From positions 32,001-96,000 of the IMG/VR virus record IMGVR_UViG_3300045988_130225: a DNA stretch of 64,000 bases. The stretch is one strand, 5' to 3'. The notes under the pieces are model-generated. The model searched no databases. It saw nothing but the letters and a program-made list of their open reading frames with translations, and had not been told where the DNA came from. Position numbers and translations under genes: made by a program. Shown in pieces: positions 57,250 to 64,000 of the stretch (position 1 is its first letter; every line of letters starts with the position of its first letter). Origin of the DNA: a virus.

Positions 57250-57285
57250 TTGATTTTTCTTTTCTTTAATGGTATAGTGCAACCA
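57250..57285 (+). promoter_or_regulatory. Promoter with operator-like TGGTATAGTGCAACCA
   Basis: TTGATT-17 nt-TATAGT; TGGT...ACCA palindromic arms overlap -10. Confidence 0.65.
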
Positions 57286-57336
57286 TAGTAACAAAGTAAT
57301 AAACAGTATAAATAAGTAAATAGGAGGATTTTAAAA

Positions 57337-57813
57337 ATGAGATTAAGAGAAGGAAAGCTTATATCAGAATGGGAAGATGAATATGAAAACAAAGCGTTAA
57401 TTGAAGAAGTGGAAATCAAACCACATAAAGAAGCTAAACTGGAAAAGGTATATAGACTTTCTTGTTATGCGGAGTATGATGATAATTTTTGCTATCATAT
57501 TTCAATTTTTGATTCCGCAGAAAGTGCGGAAAATCAGCTTAAAGAGTTTAGTTGCGGTAGTTTTAGAAATATTTTGGAAATCATGGTAGAAAATATTCTT
57601 GCAGGTTTTGACGAAAAATTTAAGAACTCAATTTATGAAAGTCGAAAATCTATGAAAAATTTTTTAAAAAAATACAATCGCACTGATAAAGATGAATGTA
57701 TTGATAGAATTAAAAAAATTGTAAACGATTTAATTAATCGTTATGAAATAAGTTATGAAGAAGCAATGATATTATTTGATTATATTTGCGGAAAAGAAAA
57801 AACAAGATATTAA
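57337..57813 (+). CDS. Hypothetical protein
   Basis: 158-aa ORF, RBS AGGAGG. Confidence 0.65.
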   Translation: MRLREGKLISEWEDEYENKALIEEVEIKPHKEAKLEKVYRLSCYAEYDDNFCYHISIFDSAESAENQLKEFSCGSFRNILEIMVENILAGFDEKFKNSIYESRKSMKNFLKKYNRTDKDECIDRIKKIVNDLINRYEISYEEAMILFDYICGKEKTRY

Positions 57814-57980
57814 TGATATTAAAAAATTCAAATTGCTTTTTATTTTTTAGACTTTGAAAAAATTAAATGTTGTCCAAAATTCAGAAGTTGGATTATTTAC
57901 ATGGTTTGACTTCTGATTTTTTTGTATTTGATAGAGAAAAAATATAAATCAAAAAAATATAAAAAACATAATGAAAAGTA

Positions 57981-58016
57981 TTGACTTATTTATATATATG
58001 TGGTATATTATAACCA
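57981..58016 (+). promoter_or_regulatory. Promoter with operator-like TGGTATATTATAACCA
   Basis: TTGACT-17 nt-TATATT; operator-like palindrome 58001-58016. Confidence 0.75.
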
Positions 58017-58077
58017 TGTTAAACATAACATAGTTATATCAAAACCAAAGATAACAAAAAGAAAAGGAGAATGAATT

Positions 58078-58662
58078 ATGGCAAGTTGTTATAATCTGGA
58101 CGGAATCAAGACAAGTTTAAAAATTGAGATTGAGGAAAGAGAAGCAATACTCAAAGCATGGGAAAATGTAACATTCCCAACAAAGAAAAATGGTGAACCA
58201 TTTGCAGTAATGAGCAAAAATATCAATGGTGCGACTTATAAAAAAGCAGATTATGGTTTAAGTGCTAACAATGTTGAATTGAAAGTTGTTGCAAACAATA
58301 ATCATAAATGGACAACTGATAGTATTGATTGCTATACGTTAGTTAGATATTTAAAAGATAAAAGCAAAATTGCAAAAACTGAAAATTATATGCCTAAAGA
58401 ACTTTGTTTGGAACAAGTTTATAAGTTTGATTTAGAGGACATTAAAGAAGCTGTAAATAATAGAATTGAATACCTTAAAGGATATGTGGAATCTTTGAAA
58501 AAGCAATTAGAAATTGCAGATAAAGCATATGCAGGTTTCAGAAAAGTATATGAAGATGCAATGGCAGTTCTGGACAATGTGACGGAAACAAAGAAAGATG
58601 AATACAGCTTTTTAAAATCTAGTATTTTAGATACAATTAAAAATCGTTATCCATATTGCTAA
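58078..58662 (+). CDS. Hypothetical protein
   Basis: 194-aa ORF, RBS AAAGGAG. Confidence 0.65.
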   Translation: MASCYNLDGIKTSLKIEIEEREAILKAWENVTFPTKKNGEPFAVMSKNINGATYKKADYGLSANNVELKVVANNNHKWTTDSIDCYTLVRYLKDKSKIAKTENYMPKELCLEQVYKFDLEDIKEAVNNRIEYLKGYVESLKKQLEIADKAYAGFRKVYEDAMAVLDNVTETKKDEYSFLKSSILDTIKNRYPYC

Positions 58663-58734
58663 AAATCACAGCGCAGAGGAAAAAGAAAAAATTCCTCTGC
58701 CATACATAAAAAAATCAGAAGGGAAAAACAGAAA

Positions 58735-59040
58735 ATGGATTTTAAAAACATAACAGTGAAAAGTTATAATCTTACTAACAATCAGATTGTAACAGAAATT
58801 AAAACGATAGGTGATAAAACATTAGCTTATTTTTTCAGTAGTTACGATTCTACTATTTGTAAGTTGGATATTGTAAATAATGTTATTTATGTCCATAAAA
58901 ACTGGAATTATTCAACAACCACAACAAAATGGTTCAATAAATTTCTTTCTATTGTTCTGGAAGAAGAAGTTAAATTTAAACAGCAAAAAGAAATTAAAGC
59001 AAAAAATAATATTTTTACTGTAATAATGCTTGACAAATAG
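58735..59040 (+). CDS. Hypothetical protein
   Basis: 101-aa ORF. Confidence 0.6.
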   Translation: MDFKNITVKSYNLTNNQIVTEIKTIGDKTLAYFFSSYDSTICKLDIVNNVIYVHKNWNYSTTTTKWFNKFLSIVLEEEVKFKQQKEIKAKNNIFTVIMLDK

Positions 59041-59058
59041 TAGAAAATGTTATACAAT
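59030..59058 (+). promoter_or_regulatory. sigma70/sigmaA-type promoter
   Basis: TTGACA-17 nt-TACAAT. Confidence 0.6.
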
Positions 59059-59105
59059 CTATTACAGAAACAAAGAAAAACGCATATAGAAAAGGAGAAA
59101 ATATT

Positions 59106-60329
59106 ATGTATACAATCGCAAATGCACAGTGGTCATTCAAAAAAATCGCACAGGAGATTAAAAAAGGAAACATTGACTTTAAATGCGGAGGCGTTCAAAG
59201 AGGGGACGTTTGGGATAATGCAAGACGTTCTTTACTTATCCAGTCTGGATTAAAAGGAGATATTATTCCTTGTCTTTATATCCGCAGAAATGGAGAAAAT
59301 AAAGATAAATACGAAATGCGTGACGGCAGACAGCGTTGCACAACTTTAGCAAAATTCATTAATGATGGTTTTGTAACTTCTGGTATTCCAGAATATGAAG
59401 ATGGGGATAAATTAGATTATCGTATTTGCAGGAATGGTGAAATGGTATCAGCAAACGGTATTAGTTTTGAAAGTCTTTCAGATGATGAAAAAATGGATTT
59501 TCTTACAAGAAATATTACAGTTTATTATATTGACGGTGCAACGGATGCAGAAGCCGATATGATTTTTTTGAAACTTAACAACGGAAAAGCATTGACTACA
59601 GCAGAAAGAAACAGAGCAGAAGCAAAATCAAGAAGTGAAATCATTGATATTGCTAACCATAATATTTTCAAGTTGATGTTTAGTGAAAAAACGTTAGATA
59701 ATAACGCTTTTGATACCGTTGTAAAATCTTATATCATGTTAAATAATGATAATCCGTCATTGCTTAACAAAGACGTTAAACCGTTGATGAAATCTATTGA
59801 TATTACAGAAGAAGACAAAAAACAGCTTACAGCAGTATTTGATTACATTCTGGAAGTTTATAATCTTTTGGAAACAAAGAAAGTTAAGAAAAGAATCATT
59901 GGAAAGACTAGCTTTTTATCTTTAATTCCAGTTGCAGAACAAGCATTAAATGATGGAAAGATAGCAGAAGAGTTTGCAAGCTTTCTGGATAAATTTTTCT
60001 CTGGAAAGACAACAAAGGAACCAACAATCAGTAAGACTTATAACGATAACTTCTTCGATTCTTCCGCAAGTCGTATGAAGATTAGATTACGCCACAATGC
60101 ATTAATGAATGAATATGAAAAAATGTTCAATGGTGAAACTGAAAATATATATAGCGAAAATGCAGAGGATTTACAGGAGGAGATTGACGAAGCGGAAACA
60201 GTAGAGGATTATATTAGTATTGACGAATTAAGCAAGCCAGATACAGATGAAGAAGTAACAGTAACAGAAGATTCTACACCAGAAGAACATATAGAGGAAC
60301 AGCAGACAGAAGATATAGAAGAATTTTAA
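59106..60329 (+). CDS. DUF262 (GmrSD N-terminal/ParB-like) domain protein
   Basis: 407 aa; GVQRGDVWDNARRSLLIQSGLKGDIIPCLYI, RDGRQRCTTLAKFI, IFLKLNNGKALTTAERNRAEA. Confidence 0.85.
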   Translation: MYTIANAQWSFKKIAQEIKKGNIDFKCGGVQRGDVWDNARRSLLIQSGLKGDIIPCLYIRRNGENKDKYEMRDGRQRCTTLAKFINDGFVTSGIPEYEDGDKLDYRICRNGEMVSANGISFESLSDDEKMDFLTRNITVYYIDGATDAEADMIFLKLNNGKALTTAERNRAEAKSRSEIIDIANHNIFKLMFSEKTLDNNAFDTVVKSYIMLNNDNPSLLNKDVKPLMKSIDITEEDKKQLTAVFDYILEVYNLLETKKVKKRIIGKTSFLSLIPVAEQALNDGKIAEEFASFLDKFFSGKTTKEPTISKTYNDNFFDSSASRMKIRLRHNALMNEYEKMFNGETENIYSENAEDLQEEIDEAETVEDYISIDELSKPDTDEEVTVTEDSTPEEHIEEQQTEDIEEF

Positions 60330-60356
60330 TAATTTATAATCTATCTGGAAAAGAAA

Positions 60357-60388
60357 AAGGATATGTATAAAAGCATATCCTTTTTTTT
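60357..60388 (+). terminator. Rho-independent terminator
   Basis: AAAGGATATG...CATATCCTTTTTTTT. Confidence 0.85.
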
Positions 60389-60422
60389 ATTGTAAAAAAT
60401 ATAAAAAAGTATAAATAAACCA

Positions 60423-60458
60423 TTGACATTTTAATGTTTATATGGTATATTATAACCA
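60423..60458 (+). promoter_or_regulatory. Promoter with operator-like TGGTATATTATAACCA
   Basis: TTGACA-17 nt-TATATT; operator-like palindrome 60443-60458. Confidence 0.75.
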
Positions 60459-60488
60459 TAGAAATTACAACAAAGGAGAATGAAAGAT

Positions 60489-60764
60489 ATGAAAAAGATT
60501 TTATTAACAGTTTTAGGAACAGCGGGATTTATTGGAATGTTTGCTTATTGCTGTACACTTGCAAACAGAACAGAAGTAATGACTTGTATTTCCTGTGAAG
60601 GTAATGATATTGTATCAACCTTTGAGGATGCAGACGGCAACTTGTGGGAATACGATCATTACTATGCTGTAGTTGGTGATGATTACAAGGTTACAATGCA
60701 CGATAATGATACAATCAATATTTATGACGATTTTATTGTTAAAGTTGTACCAGTAGAAGATTAA
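60489..60764 (+). CDS. Small membrane/exported protein
   Basis: MKKILLTVLGTAGFIGMFAYCCTLANRTE... signal/TM-like N-terminus. Confidence 0.65.
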   Translation: MKKILLTVLGTAGFIGMFAYCCTLANRTEVMTCISCEGNDIVSTFEDADGNLWEYDHYYAVVGDDYKVTMHDNDTINIYDDFIVKVVPVED

Positions 60765-60791
60765 AAAATCAAAAAAAGTTATAATATACCA

Positions 60792-60827
60792 TTGACAAAA
60801 CTATAAATCAGTGGTATATTATAACCA
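60792..60827 (+). promoter_or_regulatory. Promoter with operator-like TGGTATATTATAACCA
   Basis: TTGACA-17 nt-TATATT; operator-like palindrome 60812-60827. Confidence 0.75.
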
Positions 60828-60874
60828 TAAGATTTAAGCCATTAAAGAAAACAATTAAAAAGGAGAAATCAAAA

Positions 60875-61540
60875 ATGAAAAACGAAAAGATTCTGGAAAT
60901 GTTAAATAACGGCGAAATTGAGGAATTGAAGAAAGTAATCTCAGAGGAAATCTATAATAGTTCTCTGGATAAAAACGGTAATGCAAAATCCAGATATAAA
61001 GCAATGAAAGATTTTTATAAATTTCCTAGTGACAAAACAGATACAAGATTTTTAAAACCATGTAAAAAGTCTATAAGAGGGCAACTTTATAATTGTTTTT
61101 TAAGTTCTGATGTTTTGGTATGTACCAAAGAAAGCACTGGAAATATTGAACTGTATAACGAGAAAGAAGAAGCTAGGGAATGGTTTAATGTAGAAAAATT
61201 AATTAATGCTAGTGACTTTGAAATTATTGAAGATATTGATTTTAATGATATTCTTTCAGAAGCTAAAAGCAAAGGATTTAAACCAGTAAAGCAAGAGATT
61301 CAATACGGTAACTGCGCTAAGTATTATTTGCGTTTCAGAGATGCTTATTATAAAATAGGGCATCTAAATAAAGGTTATAGCATTATAGATGGTGGAAAGC
61401 ATCAAGAAGTATTTTATAATGATAAAGTATCACCATTATACATTTATAATTCCTTGGGAATAGTAATGTTATTGCCTGTAAGAATTGATATAGCTTTAAG
61501 AGATAATAAAGATAAAGACTTTGTATACGTTGAAAGATAA
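60875..61540 (+). CDS. Hypothetical protein
   Basis: 221-aa ORF, RBS AAAGGAG. Confidence 0.65.
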   Translation: MKNEKILEMLNNGEIEELKKVISEEIYNSSLDKNGNAKSRYKAMKDFYKFPSDKTDTRFLKPCKKSIRGQLYNCFLSSDVLVCTKESTGNIELYNEKEEAREWFNVEKLINASDFEIIEDIDFNDILSEAKSKGFKPVKQEIQYGNCAKYYLRFRDAYYKIGHLNKGYSIIDGGKHQEVFYNDKVSPLYIYNSLGIVMLLPVRIDIALRDNKDKDFVYVER

Positions 61541-61564
61541 AAAAAAGAAAAGAGGACAAAAACA

Positions 61565-61813
61565 ATGGCAGTATTAAAAAATGATGAACTGGAAGTAATG
61601 AACAGAATCAATAAATTACTTTCACCGAATACGCAAGGATTTTTTGAATTGTATTTTAATCTCACAGAAGAACAGAAAGCAGATATAGTGAAGTTTACCA
61701 GGCTTATAGGAAAGTTGGAAAATGATAGGGATATGCAAAGGATAAGAACAAAATTAGCAAATAGAGAAAAGCGAAAAATCAATAAAGATTATGGGAGAAG
61801 AAAGCAGGCGTAA
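61565..61813 (+). CDS. Hypothetical protein
   Basis: 82-aa ORF. Confidence 0.6.
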   Translation: MAVLKNDELEVMNRINKLLSPNTQGFFELYFNLTEEQKADIVKFTRLIGKLENDRDMQRIRTKLANREKRKINKDYGRRKQA

Positions 61814-62043
61814 CGCTTGCTTTTCTTTTTTGGTTTAATACCAGCTAAAATAACAGCGTTTAGATTTTAGATGATAAATGTATCATGTAACGTGCTAGAA
61901 CTGCTTGTAGTGGCTTGTAGCGCGTTGTAGCTGTATCCTGATAATTGATTTATGTATTTTATTCCGGATGTTTGTATGTTATCCAATTATTGATAATATT
62001 ATAAAAAGCATAATAAAAATCATTATATTTTTTAAAATAAATA

Positions 62044-62072
62044 TTGACAAAGCATATAAAAAGTATTATAAT
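62044..62072 (+). promoter_or_regulatory. sigma70/sigmaA-type promoter without downstream ORF
   Basis: TTGACA-17 nt-TATAAT, exact consensus. Confidence 0.75.
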
Positions 62073-62211
62073 TAAGATAGTTAAAAAAGAATAGTTGTGG
62101 TGGAGAGTCCTAGCCCGGATATAGGAAAAACATTGAAGATACAATTTTTTAATTGTCTGATAATTTTAATGTTTCCTTATGCTATTCTAAACATTTATTT
62201 ATGATATTCCA

Positions 62212-62240
62212 TTGACTTTTATATATAAATTTGTTATACT
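62212..62240 (+). promoter_or_regulatory. sigma70/sigmaA-type promoter
   Basis: TTGACT-17 nt-TATACT. Confidence 0.65.
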
Positions 62241-62273
62241 TTATATAATTATAAAAAAGAGGGAAGTGAAAAG

Positions 62274-62420
62274 ATGTATTTTACAAAGGACTACAGACAA
62301 CTTGATACTGTAGCATTGTATTTATTGTATAATAAGGATAGAAAACAGTATAAGACAGTATACAGCTTTAAACAGTGGTTAAACAAGTCTTTATTGACCG
62401 GAAGTATTAAAAGGCTGTAA
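62274..62420 (+). CDS. Small protein (48 aa)
   Basis: MYFTKDYRQLDTVALYLLYNKDRKQYKTVYSFKQWLNKSLLTGSIKRL*; promoter and GGGAAG RBS upstream, terminator-like GGCATAAACA...TGTTTATGCC hairpin downstream. Confidence 0.55.
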   Translation: MYFTKDYRQLDTVALYLLYNKDRKQYKTVYSFKQWLNKSLLTGSIKRL

Positions 62421-63083
62421 CAAGGTTTACAATCGTATATAAAGCCGATATAAAGCGAATAAAGCATAGGCATAAACATAGGAATAAAATTTCTTGTGTT
62501 TATGCCTGTTTTTTATTTCAGAAAAATCAAATACAGAAAAGATCGTAGTTGTCCAGAATAAACCTATTAGAATAGTATGAATTATTACAAGCTAAAACTA
62601 GACGTTTTAACACGTCAATAGTAATTTATTCAAATAAGTATGTAAAACGGCTAGAAACGGCTTGTAGCATGTTATAACATGGTTTAAATAGTTTTTAATC
62701 GGTCTGGAAGGTTGAAAACGGGCAGATTATCCGGTTATAGGTTATCTGGTTTACTGTATGGGAGTTTTTTAGTAAATGAAAAATACTGTTCAATTTTAAA
62801 TGACTTAAGGGAAATTTGAACTGAATTGTCAAATTGTTTGAAACAATTCACAATCGAACAAGTGTTCGGTGATTATCTTTCAGAATTTTCTGAAATTTCC
62901 CAGAGGTAAGAAATTCCCCCAGAATATGCGAGAATAATTTTTCCCCACGAAGTTAGTGGGGATTTTCGTTTTGGTAATAGCGAGATTTAAAAATTCCCCA
63001 CGGAGTTTTTTAATTTATTTTTTTATTTTCTTTTATTTTCTTTATTGTTTAAACATTTTCTTTTATAATTTTTATCTTATCTA

Positions 63084-63112
63084 TTGACAAAATCTAATGT
63101 TTATGTTATTCT
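63084..63112 (+). promoter_or_regulatory. sigma70/sigmaA-type promoter
   Basis: TTGACA-17 nt-TATTCT. Confidence 0.6.
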
Positions 63113-63158
63113 TTTGTATAGAAGTTATTAGTGTATAACGAAAGGAGAAAAATTTTTT

Positions 63159-63644
63159 ATGAAAATGGAAATAGTTTTGACTGAGAAAGAGATTGAAAAT
63201 TTACCATATATAAGTAAGGGTGAGATTATTAATAATTGTGATTTTTGCATTGAAATCAATAAATTTTTAAGACATATAATACCTATTGAAATTAATAAAG
63301 AAAAATATTGTAGGTGTAATGGTTGTAATGAAAATATTAATGTTGCTTTTTATGTAGAAAAAGAACTTAGCAAGAAAGAATATTTCCGTAGATTTATTGA
63401 AGAACCTTTTTATAAAAATATTTGCGATTCTTATGTAAAGATTTTAAACTGTGGTGTTATATTTATTGATGAAACAAGTTCAGACAAAGAAATAAAGTAT
63501 TTTATTAAACAAGCTATCAATCCAGAAGTAATGTTTGAAGGAAATTTCAAAGATTTTAAATTTAACGAGCAACTTGATAAAACTTTAGACCTTACTGAAA
63601 CTGTTGAAAAAAGATGGTTCGTATGTGTTGAAAGCATATTATAG
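63159..63644 (+). CDS. Hypothetical protein
   Basis: 161-aa ORF, RBS AAAGGAG. Confidence 0.65.
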   Translation: MKMEIVLTEKEIENLPYISKGEIINNCDFCIEINKFLRHIIPIEINKEKYCRCNGCNENINVAFYVEKELSKKEYFRRFIEEPFYKNICDSYVKILNCGVIFIDETSSDKEIKYFIKQAINPEVMFEGNFKDFKFNEQLDKTLDLTETVEKRWFVCVESIL

Positions 63645-63710
63645 AGTATATAAGACATTAAGAAATCCAAAACGGTTTTTAATATAAAAAGTATGAAAGG
63701 AATATAAAAA

Positions 63711-64000
63711 GTGGAAACTACCCCCTCTATTGATAGAAAGAAACTAGCAGAAGAAAACCACAATCTTATCTATTGGTTTTGTTGGAAAAATCATTTAGAT
63801 ATAGAAGAGTGGTATGATATAATTGCTATTGGATATATGAAAGGTATTAATTCTTATGACGAAACAAAAGGTGTTAAATTAAGCACTTACTTAATTAAAA
63901 TAATGAAAAATGAATATCTGCTAGTATTAAGAAATAAAAAATATGCTAAGTATATTCCAGACGAAGAGATTTTATCTTTGGATTTTGAATATAAATTTGA
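63711..64000 (+). CDS. Sigma-70 family region 2-like protein, partial (runs off right edge)
   Basis: GTG start; LAEENHNLIYWFCWKNHLDIEEWYDIIAIGYMKGINSYDETKGVKLSTYLIKIMKNEYLLVLRNK. Confidence 0.65.
   Translation, partial: METTPSIDRKKLAEENHNLIYWFCWKNHLDIEEWYDIIAIGYMKGINSYDETKGVKLSTYLIKIMKNEYLLVLRNKKYAKYIPDEEILSLDFEYKF

Overview
This window looks like part of an AT-rich tailed (siphovirus-like) phage or prophage genome of a Firmicutes/Clostridia-type host. A leftward (minus strand) arm from about 41.1 kb to 1 carries, in transcription order: an unknown 329-aa gene, a probable YonO/RdRP-like single-subunit RNA polymerase, a zinc-ribbon protein, two HU-like proteins, putative small and large terminase, portal, protease/scaffold, capsid, connectors, tail tube, a MazF-like toxin, holin, a RuvC-like resolvase, tape measure, distal tail proteins and glycine-rich or modular tail appendages. 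A rightward (plus strand) arm from about 41.5 kb to 64 kb carries small early/accessory genes: a P-loop kinase, a divergent ThyX, an HNH endonuclease, tRNA-Gln and tRNA-Met, a rearranged C5 methyltransferase, a DUF262-like protein and a partial sigma-like protein. Many of these are preceded by near-consensus sigma70/sigmaA promoters with 17-nt spacers. The most interesting items are: (1) a group I intron plus TnpB (IStron-like) element that appears to interrupt the putative small terminase gene; (2) the divergent DFDSD polymerase; (3) a ~730-nt highly structured noncoding region next to the tRNAs (GOLLD/ROOL-like by context); (4) a separate GC-rich structured RNA candidate between the divergent arms; (5) a ~3.2-kb gene-free region with a sharp strand-composition flip, a candidate replication origin; and (6) a shared operator-like sequence over several early promoters. 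All calls are by eye from sequence and the ORF track. No database search or folding program was run.
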